A DNA stretch of 64,000 nucleotides from Cystobasidiomycetes sp. EMM_F5 (GCA_051047955.1 JBPGPT010000012.1:62001-126000), one strand, 5' to 3'; shown: positions 1 to 13,886, numbered from the stretch's first letter. Notes: generated by a model from the letters alone, not told the origin. Translations and numbers: made by a program.

Positions 1-713
1 AGATGTTGGTGCAAAGATTACGGGTCCCTAAATCACACGCCGATCAGCCCACAGTATGCTTCTACGGTCTAGTAGCAGGAAAGCCTTACAGGTACGTAGC
101 CAAGCACGAAGAGCGAGATGCCGAGGACACCAACTTCGCTCGAGATGCCAAATTCGCGACCAACGTAAGGAATTGCGGGGGAATAGACGGAGGATGCAAA
201 TGTAGATGACATGGTGGACAGACCAAAGAGCATAGTCATGACGGTCTTTCTTCGAGGACTCCAGTTCTTTGGATTTTGCGGATCGGCTTTGTTATCGAAA
301 GCAACAACGTTATCTGGCCATTCTCTGGTTTCCGGCGGGCCTTTGGAGTCTGCTCTTCGTCGACGCATATTATTCTTGCCCTTCTCGGCTGCGCTCAAGC
401 CATCTTTCGCTTGAGGAACAGCAGTCCCCTGCATCACATCATTTCTTGCAGAATGTGCCGCCGTAGGATCTTGCAAAGTCTGATCCGATTGCGTTGAGAG
501 GCGTTCACTATCATTGCCAGGCTGCGCATTATGATCTTCTGCTTCCTCGTCCTCTGAATGATAATGCTCATCGTATTCGTCGAATAGAGCGCTGTCGGGA
601 TGGTCCGAAATCGCGCGTCGCACGTTGTGGAAGCCCGGCTGCGAATAGCTTCGTCCTCGAGTATTCATGGCAGTAGTTGGGCGCCTTTGCGCAGAAGCTG
701 CAATAGTTTCCAT
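1..713 (-). CDS. MFS multidrug transporter, DHA1-like; 5' part, runs off the window start
   Basis: ORF 69..737 has DPQNPKNWSPRRK followed by TM1 (STMSSTFASSVYSPA) and LGISLFVLGY; after a GT-AG intron (~29-90) it continues GPVIFAPTS. The start is Met at 713 or 737. Confidence 0.88.
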
Positions 714-1201
714 GGTTGTTCTTCCAGGCGCATGCAACTGTACGATTCAGCCGAAATTAATCTGGCAGATCTGGCGGGGAAGGGAGCTTGCGAAGGGTCA
801 ACTGGATGCAGATTTCAAGTTAATGGAAGAGGCAAAGCAGCTCTGTCGATGTAATATAAGAGTGAAATCTAGATTGCTTGTCTCATGCGGTACTCCGGGC
901 TTCCGAAAATACTCCATCGGCCAGGCACAGTTGCGTCATGGAAATCAGCTGCAGCTGATATACCGGCATAACATCTGGCATTCAACGGGCTCATACAACA
1001 GAGCATTATGGAATGATTCACTCAAATGACCGAACAGAACATTGTAGAGAAACGAATGATATTAGATCTGTGGGCTTCATGGCCACACTGGGCATACACG
1101 TCTACTGCTGAAAAATTGCTGGACATTTCATTCTATGCACCGCCTGCGCCAGCTTGCATGCCCTGAAGATTCAAATGCATTAGATATAATCCTAGTTACT
1201 A

Positions 1202-3692
1202 TCATCTATTGCTCACCTTGATGCTGTGCCACCGGAAGAGCGGAGTGACTAGGAGAGAAATGGCGATGGCTACGACCGTGGGAATGAAGGCCGCTCGAAT
1301 AGCAGTCATACTGGACGCAAGGACTGGTCCGAGCTGCTCTGGCGTGACAATGTTCCGGAATCCAGTCTCTCCGGCAGCAATAATTGAGGCCTTGTCAAGA
1401 CCAGCCACGTTCAGATTATTGATCTGCCTTTTGAATAGATTGGCGAAAATGCTCTGGCTGGCGGCTTTTTTGCGTTAAAATCAAGTATCGAAGCAGTAAT
1501 TGACGAATTGTGATGGTTGGGAAGTCGGGAAACGAAGAGAGGGAAGGGAACGTGAGAAGGAAGAGTGGAGGGTCAAAGTAATCACAGAGGGAGAGACAAC
1601 AGTCAGTAATGCCCGCTCGCTCGCAAGATTGCGCTCCACGAGCCTGTCGACTTACCCACTATGAGAGCCCCGCCGAGGGTCTGGAAGAAAATGGTGACAC
1701 TACTGCCGACTTCAGTCTCATTGGTATTCTTGCCGCATGTTTGACTGTAGATGAACGGCGCCTGGAAACAAGTACCGATGCCGAGACCGTACAAGAATGT
1801 GATGCCGACCCAGAGTGCCTGTCCGGTCGATTCCTTGAAAAGCTGGAAAAGACCAGAGCCGACGACAGCGAAGACGGTACCGACATACATGAATGGCTGA
1901 ATGTATCCGACGACCGGCATGGAACCACCGGAGACTGAATCAAAAGTTAGCATCGTCACACGGCGATCGTCGTAAATTCGCGTATACTCACTTGTGACTG
2001 AGAAAATGACACCGCAAACCTGTTGGAAGATGCAACAATCAGCACTTTGCGCTTGTTTTAGTGAGACCCGCCATCCGCTTACCAAAGGCAACAATTGCAC
2101 GCCGGAACGAATGGACGACGAGCCGTTGAGCTGGAAGTATACGGGCAGGAAGATAGCAGCACTGAAATATGACGCGCCAATGCCAAAGTTTGCAATGGCG
2201 GCTGTTGCGATATCTCTGCTGCCGATGATGCGCAGTGGAATCATGGCATCGTCCTTCATCCACCACTCATTGACGATGAAAACCAGAACGATGACGACCG
2301 TGCCGACAAGGAGACCAATCTCGTAGGACGAGCCCCACTCTCGGTGGATGCCGCCGTCTTGCATAGCCAGAAGGAAGGTAATCATAGCTCCTAGCGCGAG
2401 AACTGTACCGGTAATGTCGAGGCTGAATAAGAGCTTGAACAGGTTCTTCTTTGGTCCCTTGGTGGTGCGTTTAGCCGGGTGGAAGAACAGCAGAATAGTT
2501 GCGATAGTGACACCGCCTAAAGGCAGAGAAAGCCAGAAGCACCACTATAGCAGGCAATGTCAGGATCATTGTCGAGTAGTTCGATAGCAAACGCTCGCAC
2601 CCTCCAGGTAACTTCAGATGTGAATACACCACCTAAGGGAGCCAATGTCATGGTCAGTATTGTCTTAAACCTGGCGATTCTCGTACTGAAGCCCTACCAA
2701 TGAGGGGACCGGTGATTGCGCCAATACTTGAGGAAATTAAGACAGCATCAGGTAAAGCTCGCGCCTTACGTAATGACGATGCTTACCCATACACGGCACC
2801 GATGCCTCCACTCCATACTGGTACTTTGTTTAGCGGGACAGAAGCAGCAACAATGGTCTGAGACAAACGTTTAGCCTTCGCTTAAGATCATTATATTGAG
2901 CTCGACTAACCAAAGTTCCAATGTATCCGCCGGCAACACCGACACCAGCAATTGCACGACCAACGATAAAAGTCTTGGAGTCTTGAGCTACGGCACAGAT
3001 GATTGACCCAATCTCGAAAATGACAATGCACGAGATGTATGGCCATTTCAGATTGAGACGATAGAGGCGTCCATAGAGTGGTTGCAAAGCAGTAGATGTG
3101 GCGAAGTAGGCTGTAGGAATCGAGAGCGCTCAGACATCAGACTTTGACGTCTCCGCACAGTTCATGAGAATGCTGGACTAACCGGAACCGTACCAGCCGA
3201 CATCGGCCAGAGCTTGGAATTGATTTGAAATGATGGGAATTGCAGGGCTGACAATTGTTTGGCTAAACAAGCAGTGAAGATGTGTCAGCGACAACTGTAC
3301 ATTTAGCCCGCACATGTTTTCAAGCGGCCAAACAGGGAATTTCGCGGGCGAGAATTTCCAACTCACTCCAGTGACACGACGTAGACCGCCATGAATAGAC
3401 CGAGCATGAGCAGATACAATTTCGCACCAGTAGGCATGGCTGCCAGACGTTGAGCCTCGTCATTGTCAACTTCGGCCTCTGCTGCACCAGGTGCGCCTGG
3501 GGCGATCTGCGGTGCCATAGCCTTCTCTTCCGCCTTTACGCGACTGTCGTGGGCAGCATAGTCTGCTGAGTTTGCCGGTTTGCCAATCGTCTGTCGATGT
3601 TCCTTATCGGCATCGGCCAGAGTGGAATGGTCAACGGCCGTATTGGTCGGGCTTGGGGTTCGAGTCGGGACAGCTGTTGCTTCGCCAGACAT
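1202..3692 (-). CDS. MFS transporter, DHA2/14-TMS drug or toxin efflux type; multi-exon
   Basis: Exons encode TIVSPAIPIISNQFQALADVGWYGS, QPLYGRLY, FEIGSIICAVAQDSKTFIVGRAIAGVG, FLPVYFQ and FFQTLGGAL, which are typical of fungal DHA2 pumps. Confidence 0.9.
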
Positions 3693-6076
3693 GTTGTTGG
3701 TCTCTAGTTGCAGTATTGCCAGCTGCAAGAGGAAGAACGAAGTCAGCCGACGCCGTTGAGGGCGAGGATGAGGCGACCGACGTAAATATGGTCCTCAGAA
3801 TCCGAGGACGGCTGCCGCTGATATCGAGCGTTCAAAGTGGTCGCAGGAGGGAAGAAGAGCAGAGCAGAGTGGGGAACTCCTTTTGTACGCTCACGTTACT
3901 GCCGAAAGTCCGCTTGTGACTACGCGTCGAATGCTGAGGAATCATGTGTAAATGGGATTCCGTATCGCCGAAGTGCAGAAATTCGGGCTTATCGACAATT
4001 TGGCAGAACCAAGACCGAAGACCGAGTTCCTGGTGCTGCCCCGTAAGCGAAGGACTTACGTATTTGGTCGGCATAGTGAATGCCTGTAACTCCTGCGTTA
4101 GTAAGTATTCTCAGAAACAGTTGCACAGTTGTAAGCGGTCAGCCAAATCGTGAACAGTCAGCAAAGACGCGCGTCCCTTGACAGCTCAGCACTCGAACAG
4201 CCTAGGATGTGTGGTCAACTGCACCAGATGCATTGGTATTGACAAGCCTCGCCTTCAGACTAGAAGAATGAATCCATCGGTGCCACAGAATATTTGTGTG
4301 CCGAAAGCTTCAATTTGAAGTCAATGAACCGCTAGCGTTGATTCGGCATATGGACAAGCACAAGGATGCTGGACGTTCCATGTATGGGTGCTGCATCAGT
4401 TGGAGTGGAGAATGCTCGACATTGGTGCACGCGGTCGTGACTGGGATTGGACCTAGCCGTCTGCCTCTACGTCAACTAGAGAAGCGGAATTGAAATTCGG
4501 CACAAGCATGACATGACGGTCGCCTGCAGTACTCCTAGTGACTGTTGCATGAGCTGCAACTGCAATGCTGCGTCGATTTGCTGAAAGGCTGTCCAGCTCT
4601 ATCTTGTAGGAGCCTGAGACGGCGTGCGCACGCAGAGGCCTTCGGATGTTCCATGATTCATCGATTTCGCAAATCCAGCACACCGAACATTGTGGTAGAA
4701 GAGTAAGGCTGACGGTGCTGCCCGGTATTCTGCAGCCAAACCCTCTCACCGAGCTCCGGACACCCCCTCTCCGAGATTTTTACGTGTTTCGGATGTGGTC
4801 ATGTCCGGAACGCGGACGGGGTTGCTTTCGCTGTCCGCTCTGATTACAGCAAACACTGAAACTTATCACTCTGATGTAACCAAGCCCCTAGATCAACATC
4901 GCGTGTTGCACAGTGTCGACAAACTACTAATATTTTCACGATTTCCTCGTCTGACATCTATAGTATGGGCTGAACACGCACGTTACAAGAGCCTCTCGTT
5001 CTTCTGCGCAAAATCGCATACTAATTCCTATCTGCGTCACAGCGGCTTTGACCAGTAATGACGGGTGCAGGCCATGTCCCTTAACTACTTCGTATTGGTT
5101 AAATAATATTCTGGCTAAACAAACGGACAATGTCTAATGAGCTGGGCATGCTTGCGAACAGTGGTGATGATTACCGCATATTCCGGGTTGTTGAAGGACG
5201 GCAGCGGCCGCATGCGCACTCGTTGGCAACTCGGACACGAACGCCCAGAAATTTCCATCAGACGGTAGACGATTTACTGCAATGCATCGTAGATCGCGTC
5301 AAAATTAGCGATTTGTATTGACAAAGTAGGTCGGAATGAATTTCTTCTGTTGAACATATAGATTTTCGAAATACATCGTAGATAGCGAGAATGCACGACC
5401 CAGACGAATGAAATGCGACCAAGATACATCGCTTAGGTACCCATCTCGTGCTGACATTGAACTTCTTCTTGCCCTACAACGTACAATTTTTCCAGCCGCT
5501 GCCGTACATGCTATCGATATTACAAGTTGTCACTTTGCACGGCTTTTGCACGTATTGGCAATCTACTCTGGAATCCACTTGCGTTCTCCAGCATTCCCGC
5601 ACCCTCCGCGTCTAATTGACCACATGTCATATTCCACCCGCTTTACGCGTCATGCATCTGTCATTCCTCCAGAGGCATGCATGAAAATTCTGATTCCGTG
5701 CCTGGCCACCGTGATCTCGGTTCGAGCAGAATTTTCACAAAGAGGGAAGCTCTGGCATTTTTGAGAGAGCCGAGGACTTTTCTTCGCCACCGGTTTTTCC
5801 GATTCAACGCGACGCAGAATTTTCAGAACTCGCGGCCAACGTGTTTTTCTGACAAAGGCAGGCAACCCTCTCGTCTCTTTCTCTCCTGTCTCGACACAAA
5901 CACCAACCTCGACTGTAACAAGTCTGGTCTATACTCAACACTCTCAACACCTGCACAGGCTTGCACTCTCTGCAGTCTGAGTGCCTGTCACGGTCACTAC
6001 CCGCTACAGTCTGCCGTATAAACTCTGTCTGGCGACCAGACACCTAGAGAAGCAGTTCGTCTAGACAGTCCTCATT

Positions 6077-6307
6077 GTGAGTTGCATGCTACATCCAGGT
6101 CTCGCTGCTCCCTCTGCGATACGCGTAATTCCTTTGCTGCTCGGTTTGGCGTCTGCCGTGCAAAGTCTGCCTCTGCTTGGGCACGCGAAAAAAACCGGGT
6201 GGCTACGGCCAGGAACCGGGCTGCTGACAATGGGCAGGCAGATGAGACCTGGCAAAGATGAAAACATGGACTTGTACAAACGCTGACGTCGCATTCTCTC
6301 GTCCTAG
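6077..6307 (+). other. Probable 5'-UTR intron of the eEF3 gene
   Basis: GTGAGT donor at 6077, GCTGAC branch-like site at ~6282 and CCTAG acceptor ending 6307, 54 nt before the ATG. The flanking leader has no ATG while the intron has several. Confidence 0.6.
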
Positions 6308-6361
6308 AGAAACCTAGAAACGCATTTATAGCACCCATATCAGCAAAGCAAACCCGCAATC

Positions 6362-9300
6362 ATGCCTGCTCCAGCATCAAAGAAGCACGAGACTGCAAAC
6401 GTCGCCGTACCAACTCCAGTCAAGATCGCACCCGCTCAAGTAGCACTAGAGGGTAGCCATGCTGCTACCGCCGAGGAAGCCGGCAACGCTGGCGGCGAAG
6501 CCAAGGTCGACATTCACGCTCTATTGAGCAACACCGATGGCCTGGTTCGTGAGAATGCGGCCAACGAACTCGCCAACCTCGTCAAAATGGAGGGACCCCA
6601 AGCCTTTGTCCGTCTCGGCCTCGCAGACGCAATTTCCAAAGGTCTCAACGACAAGAAGGTCGCTGTTGCCCGTGAAGGCGCATGCCAGCTCATCGCTGTT
6701 CTCTGCCAGCAAGGCGTTGGACAAGCTGTAGAGCCATTCGTATTCGAAAAAGTCCTTCCTCTCATCATATCCGAGACTTTCGCCGACAAGGAGAAGCAAG
6801 TTCGCGCTGCTGCCGTCGAGGCCATCAAGCAATTCGCACGCATCATGTCACCATGGGCTGTCAACTTGATGTTGCCCGTTCTTCTTGAGCAAGTCCAAAC
6901 TGCCGGCAAATGGCAGGTCAAGACCGGTTCCCTTGAAATCATGGACCAGCTCATCACCACCCACCCTGCGCAAATGGCGTTGCAAATGCCAAACATTATT
7001 CCAGTCATGACTTTGGCTATCTGGGACACAAAGGCAGACGTAAAGAAGGCTGCCCGCGCCACCTTGAAGAAGGCCACCATTCTCGTATCCAACAAGGATA
7101 TCGAAAAGTTCATTCCAGCCCTTCTTATAGCGCTCGAGAAGCCAGTCGAAGAGACTGTCAAGACTATCCAGCTCCTCGGTGCTACCACTTTCGTATCTGA
7201 AGTCGACTCTCCCACTCTCTCCCTTATGGTACCGCTGCTGTCTCGAGGTCTCGATGAGCGACTCACTGCTACCCGAAGAAAGGTTGCCGTCATCGCTGAC
7301 AACATGGCTAAGCTTGTAGACAATGAGCACACCGTTCGTCCATTTTTGCCAAAGCTCCTTCCTAAGCTCGTCAAGATTGAAGAGACTGTCGCCGATCCAG
7401 AGGCTCGTGGTGTCGTTGGCAAGGCTATCAAGACCTTGCGCGAAGTCGGCAAGATTGAGGGCGATGGTACCGACATCCCACCTGCCAAGGTTCACACCGC
7501 CAAGGAAACCGCTCCCGTCGTCATTGCTGCCATCAAGAAGGCCAACGCTCAGACCCAGATGTCTGCAGAGTCTCCTTTGATTGTTTACATTGCCGAGCTG
7601 GTCGCTTCGCTTCTCAACGCTCGCAACTACGAGGCTACCGAATGGGACCTTGCTTTGCTCCCTTACGTCAACCTCGGTGTCCCTGAAGTTTCCAAGGCTC
7701 AGCCTATTGTACGTGACATACTCGACAAGTCTGCCAAAGTTGCAGGCGAGGCTGTCGAAGTCTTCGAAGACGAGGAGGAGGGCGAGGATCTCTGCAACTG
7801 TAACTTCTCCCTTGCCTACGGTGCCAAGATTCTCTTGAACACTGCTACTCTGCGTCTCAAGCGTGGTCATCGTTATGGCCTGTGCGGTCGCAATGGTTCC
7901 GGTAAATCCACTCTGATGCGAGCCATCCACAATGGCCAGGTCGAGGGCTTCCCATCGCCAGATGAGGTCCGCACTTTCTACGTCGAGCACGATATCGACG
8001 GATCTGAAGAGACCACCACCATCCTGCAATTCATCCTTAACGACAAGCGTATTTTGGCCGACGAGACCGAGGTCAGAGAGACCCTCAGAACTGTTGGTTT
8101 CTCTGATGACAGACAGCAACATGGTATCGGATCATTATCTGGTGGATGGAAGATGAAGTTGGCTCTGGCTCGTGCCATCCTCTTCAAGGCTGATATCCTC
8201 TTACTCGACGAGCCTACCAATCACTTGGACGTACTCAACGTGACTTGGCTCATCAATTACCTCACTTCCCTCACCACCTGCACATCCATCATCGTATCAC
8301 ACGACTCTGACTTCCTCAACCGCACTGTCACCGATATTCTGCACATCGACCGGTTCAAGGTCAAGCGCTACCCAGGCAATCTGGAATCTTTTGTCAAGCA
8401 CGTCCCGTCAGCGAAGGCGTACTACGAGCTTAACCCAGCCGATGACTACAACTTCAAGTTGCCAGAACCACCTCTTCTTGACGGTGTAAAGACCAAGGAG
8501 AAGAGTTTGCTCAAGATGCGAAAGGTGCATTTCCAATACCCAGGTTCACCAGCTCCGCAATTGCAGGACATCACCCTACAAGTCTCTCTCTCCTCCCGTG
8601 TCGCTGTCCTCGGACCAAATGGTTCCGGTAAATCCACCCTCGTCAAGCTGCTCGTCGGCGAGACTGAGCCCGGTTCGGGTGAGGTATGGAAGCACCCGAA
8701 CTTGGTTCTCGGGTACGTCGCACAACACGCCTTCCACCACATTGATCAGCATCTCGACAAGACTCCTCTCGAATACCTCTTGTTCCGTTACCAGACCGGT
8801 GAAGACATTGAAGAGTTGAGCAAAGCTACCCGCCAAATTTCCGAGGCTGAGGCGCAGAAGATGAAGGAAGGTGCCAACGTCGTCATTGAAGGCCAGAAGC
8901 GCGTCATCGACGAGATCTCAAACCGAAAGAAGCTCAAGCAATCTTACGAGTACGAAGTTTCGTTCAAGGCTATGTCCTCGTCCGAAAACGTGTGGATGTC
9001 TCGTGACGAGCTGATCAAGCGTGGCTTTGAGAAGAAGGTGCTCGAAATCGATACTCGCGAAGCTCAAAGATTGGGTCTCATGCGCCCCTTGGTCCGAAAG
9101 GAAATCGAGTCGCACATGGCAGACTTCGGCTTAGAAGCTGAGTTTGTTACTCACAATACTATGCGAGGTCTGTCTGGTGGTCAGAAAGTGAAGGTAGTGC
9201 TCGCTGCTGCCACTTGGCGTCGCCCGCACGTCGTCATCCTCGACGAACCTACGAATTACCTCGACCGCGAGTCCCTTGCTGCCCTGATCTCGGCATTGAA

Positions 9301-9667
9301 GAGCTTTGCAGGTGAGTGTGGCCGTCTTGAAGTTACGTATAGTCCTGACTTCATTGTTTGAACAGGTGGCTGTCTTATCATCACACACTCTTCTGAATTC
9401 AGCAGCAGTGTGTGCTCTGAAGTTTGGGCGATGAACAACGGAAACCTTGTAGCCTCTGGACATAACTGGGTTGAGGGACAGGGTTCCGGTCCACGGATCG
9501 ACCAAGGAAAGGAAGAGGAGGAGGACAAGTTCGATTCTATGGGCAACAAGATTGCCGGCACCGCAAAGGCCAAGAAATTGACCTCTGCAGAGGCGAGGAA
9601 GAAGAAGAAGGAGCGGATGGCCGCTCGTAAGAGAGGAGAGGAAGTATTTACTGATGATGAACTTTAA
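6362..9667 (+). CDS. YEF3: Translation elongation factor 3 (eEF3), ABC-F ATPase
   Basis: HEAT-repeat N-terminus, two ABC cassettes ([27 protein letters not shown] and [26 protein letters not shown]), chromodomain insert and basic C-tail. One intron at ~9312-9365. Confidence 0.97.
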
Positions 9668-9734
9668 ACGCACATCTCTTTCAGTCGGTGTTTTTCATCA
9701 TGCATTTTCGTCGTCATGTTGGTCGCCTGTATTT

Positions 9735-9759
9735 CTAGGAGAGTTGCTAGGAGAGTTGC
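9735..9759. repeat. 12-bp tandem duplication (CTAGGAGAGTTG x2) in the eEF3 3' region
   Basis: Read directly from the sequence. Confidence 0.8.
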
Positions 9760-10109
9760 GGTAATAATTATGCTACATTACATCGCATTACATCAACGTT
9801 TGCATTGTCGTCGCCTATGTAATTCTGCGTCAACGTCTGCATGTCTTGTAAGTCTTCTCGCTCTTATTGTCTGTTGTTTCCCGTTTTGCGGGGACGAAGA
9901 GCAGCACTGTGCGGCTTCGCACATGCTTCGCAACACGCCAATACGTTCGATATACTGCAACTGCATCCTCTCATCATTGCGCATCAGTGCTCAAGCGCAG
10001 TATCCCGTCGTCTCGGCGTCAAACGTCAACACTTTCAACAACTACGGCAAGCTTCCTGAGGCAGAATGGTCGCAGTCTGCAGCAGACCAGCCCGTACACC
10101 TGAACAAGC

Positions 10110-10819
10110 ATGGCACTCAGCGATAGTATAGTCCTCGTCATCATTCTCAGCAGCGTCTTTGGCGCTCTTCTCCTGCTCTTCTCGGTCCTCGTCTGCTGCT
10201 GCACATGGCGCCGCACATCCTTCCATCGGAATGCATCGCACTATTCAAACGGCCTCAGTGAGAAGCAGTTGTTACATGCTACAAGAGTAGAAAGAGTTAC
10301 GCGATGGAGTACCAACAAGCGCGGTCGTCAGATATCTTCGTCACTGTCCGCAAACCGCATGAACTTCGGCGCGACCATCGATGCTGTAACGGAGATGGGC
10401 ACTCTTCGCACCAAAGGACCAGACGTGGTATCCTCGACTATGAATCTCATTGATGAAGAGAAGCAAGAGCAAGCGGAAGCGCTCAGGTACCTGGATGACG
10501 ATGGTGATGCGAGACGCGTAGAATGGGGAGCAACAGTATCTGCGGATGGCACTCGAAGCTATCTGAATGGCTGGTAAGCTAATCTAACTGCTCTAAACCG
10601 TTGCGAAAGCAGTCTCATACGGTACCCTTTTATTGCAGGTTCGGCTTAGGCACGCCCATCGTGTCGACCGCACGCAGTCTCCCGCTTGGCCGTAGGGGAG
10701 GGTATCAAGAAGAGCGAGGGCACGCCAGCGACCACGATTGGGACGTGCGATCTATCAGCAGCGAGGAGGATGCAGAAACGTACACCTATCATGCGGCGAG
10801 AGGAGCAAATACTGTTTGA
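10110..10819 (+). CDS. Hypothetical single-pass membrane protein (N-terminal TM followed by CCC)
   Basis: IVLVIILSSVFGALLLLFSVLVCCCTWRR; a GTAAGC..TGCAG intron (~10574-10638) joins the second exon, which ends ARGANTV*. Confidence 0.65.
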
Positions 10820-11187
10820 AGCTGGTAGTGAAGAGCCAGGCAATTACGAGCTGTATTCCAACGAGATGTTTCTTCAAGACATTTTCATGCACACTGTTAC
10901 CCCTCTCACCCCCAGCTCGCCCCTCACGTCGCTTTGTTGTTTCCTGGGCGGCTGGTAATGCTGCTAGCCACCGGAAAAGTATTTGGTTTGCCCTTTCTTC
11001 CCACTTGCATTTCGGCTTTGCACCGTCCATGTTAACCAGACTATTGCACTGATAGCTGACAGCTGCTACTGCGTACCTGCTGCAATACCTCCTCCGTCTC
11101 CCGCAACTCCGTCGTGTGTCTGACGCTTCTACGCGTTCTGCCCCTATTTTCGTCGTCTCCCCTGCAGGACCCCAACTAGGTTCAATC

Positions 11188-13377
11188 ATGCCATTCGGAT
11201 ACAGCATCTCGACAAAAGTCGCACAAAACATACTCAATGTAACGACAAAAGTGTCTGAGTCTTCCGACGCGGGGGAAGCAAATGCGGGCGATGTGCAATT
11301 GAGCACTGCACTAGCCGCGGTCGACAAGTTGTTCAACGATGACCTGGCGGGCGCAAGAGCTACTCTCAACGATAACAAAGATTCACCTTACTCGGCTTTA
11401 ATGTTGGGCCTTCTAGAAGCGATTACTGCTCTCGTCAGCGGAGAAGAGGAAGCGAAGCGCAATGCTCATACTGCATTGTCAACGGCAAACACTCAGGCGA
11501 AGAAGATCAAGAAGTTGCAATACGCAGATGCGACAGCGTTCTGGGCACCCATGGCTCTACATTACGAGGTCTTCAACGCACTTGTTTCGGCTGTCACTAC
11601 AGTCAGTATTGCTTCATGTTGGCATACCGCTCCCGATTGCTGAGTTGTGTCTGACAGATTATCACGTATGACGCTGATGCGGGTCGTGCAGAGAAGGTCA
11701 AGATGTGCTATCACATCTGGAGTGTTCAGTCTACATACTTTAAACTATTCGGCTACATCTTCCCCAAGGGCATCCCTGAGTCTGCCTCAGTTAAGGCTAT
11801 CCTGAAAGACCTAAACGATCGCTGCGAAGCTGCTGCACTGGCCTCGAGAATCAAGCAAATGTGCAGCGAGAAAGCGGTCGACAATGGCAGAACGAGCTCG
11901 ATGGTCTGGTCTGCGAATCCGACAACTGCCTGGAGCGTCAGTGGTGTAGCATTTGGTATGGGCCTTTTTGAAGTCGCTCTGGCCCTTGTGCCGCCCAAGT
12001 ACAAGTATGTAGCCTCCTATTCAATATGGAATTACGGCACATCAATAACATTTGGGTACTTCCAGGTCCGTAGTAGGCATGTTGGTCGGTAAAGGCAGTC
12101 TAGATAGAGGCCTCAAGGTATGCGGTCGTGGCGAGGTGTGTCGTCGATTTAAACGCTGATTCTTGGTTGCTCTAGCTACTGCAAGTGTCGGCCGTGGCTG
12201 GCAATGATATCCACTCCTCCCTAGCTACAATGGCACTGACAACTTGTAAGCTCAGATGTCACGACTGTACATAGGACTGTCAACTGATGTAGGAACAACA
12301 GTCAACACCTACTCTCGCATGTTTGGCGGTTGGCAGTGCGATGCCGGCGCATTCCAGGCCTCCTGCGATGCGATATTGGACAAGCAGTTGGCAAGCCATC
12401 CGGACGGCAGTCTTTGGATTGTTGATAAAGCCAAAGCCCTGCGTAACGCCGGGAATTCCGACTCCGCCGAACACCTTCTCCGCACCGGCTTGGCTCGCGA
12501 AGCTGGCTACCATCAAGCGAAGCTGCTACTCAGCTTCGAACTCGGCTGGCTGCTCCTATCGCAGAGCAGATACGAGCCGGCATCGCAGCAGTTTGCTGCC
12601 ATAGCCGGCTACACCCGTTGGTCGCATGCGACCTGCTTCGCTCTTGCTGCCGGCTGTCTGCAAGAGCTCCGCAACCGAACAGCCACACAGCAAGACACGC
12701 TGATACAGCTGTACGACAAGATGTCAGCCAGCTTCACCCAAAAGGGCGAAAAGGGAACGCCGCCCTCTATGGATGTCTACCTGCAAGGTCGCATTTCCTT
12801 CTACGGAGCCAAGACACAGCGCTGGCTCGCAGAAGGTCGTCTGGTCTCGACTAAGGCGGCGCACTGGTCCGACAGTGTGTGTATCGGCCTTGCTACCGAG
12901 CTGGCTATCCTGTTTGCTCAATACACGGTCTACGACATTGCGACCGCAGAGCGACTGGTCGCACACTTCGAAAGCCTTGTCGGCTCCTGCAAATCTGGCC
13001 TTGATACACCAGAGGAGCAGAGTTTGTGCCAGCTCCTGCTGGGTATCTGCCATTTGCAGGCGCAGAATTTCCCCGCGTCCCGCAAACACCTCTCACGGGC
13101 GGAAACGCTCGCGCTTGGTGGGAGCCTTCACAAAGCGTATGGCTTCATCCTCCCGCTCTCCCGCTTCTGGCTGGCTCTTCTAGAGTGCCGCGAGGCGGAT
13201 GCCGATACCGTCAAGGCCAAAGATGCGGAATGGTGGGCGCCACGCCTGGCTGCTGCGGAGCAAAGGCTGGCGCAGGTCATGGCACAATCCGACTACGATA
13301 TGAACGGACGGACAGAAACGCGTGTTGGTCTGCTTCGAAGCCAGATTGCCATCAAGAAGTCCAGTCTGGCCATTTAG
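11188..13377 (+). CDS. Iml2/TTC39-like TPR protein (DUF3808-like), divergent
   Basis: VDKLFNDDLAGA, GVAFGMGLFEVALALVPP, HPDGSLWIVDKAK, LSFELGW and TRWSHATCFALAAGC resemble the Iml2/TTC39 family; multi-exon. Confidence 0.75.
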
Positions 13378-13886
13378 CGGGACTCGAGCCGGCATGCATT
13401 CCATGTCCGCACAAATCTAATAAAACTCGGTGCCTATTGCGGGCTACATGAGTAGATAGTCCTAATGTTTCGTCTTTCTTGTAATAGCTACTTGGAAATT
13501 GTTTTCTCAAGCCATGTTATCTTCTTGCCGAATAAGAAAGCTTCGGCTGTCCTGCTTTTGTGATATCGGACTCACGCATGTCCAGACATCGCCTCCGCTC
13601 TCCACGAAGATGTGCTTTACGGCGATGAGCAAGCATGCTGGTGTCGTCTCCCAAACATGCTTTCTGCTTCCTTGCGGCGATGTGACCGTTCGAACGGGCA
13701 ACGGGAACTCGAGGTGGAAGCATTGCTCTCGCTGCCAATCTGCCAAAAAGTCCTCAAACTCTTGACCACTACCTATGTGTGGACGACTTGCTGATCTTTC
13801 GTAGTCGCTCTTGAGATCCCCTGCGAGGGACAGCGCGTACCTCAGGGCCATTCGGGACCCGGTAACGCTTTGGCGCATGCGACCGT

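Noticed and set aside
3901..3995. GAAAGTCCG...CGGGCTTA resembling RNase P/MRP P4 elements
   Set aside because: Only ~80 nt apart, far too short for either RNA, and located in an MFS promoter or leader; likely chance.
6514..8836. Long antisense ORFs (324 aa, 424 aa and others) opposite eEF3
   Set aside because: Expected shadow ORFs from the strong codon bias of a highly expressed gene; they contain no recognisable domains.
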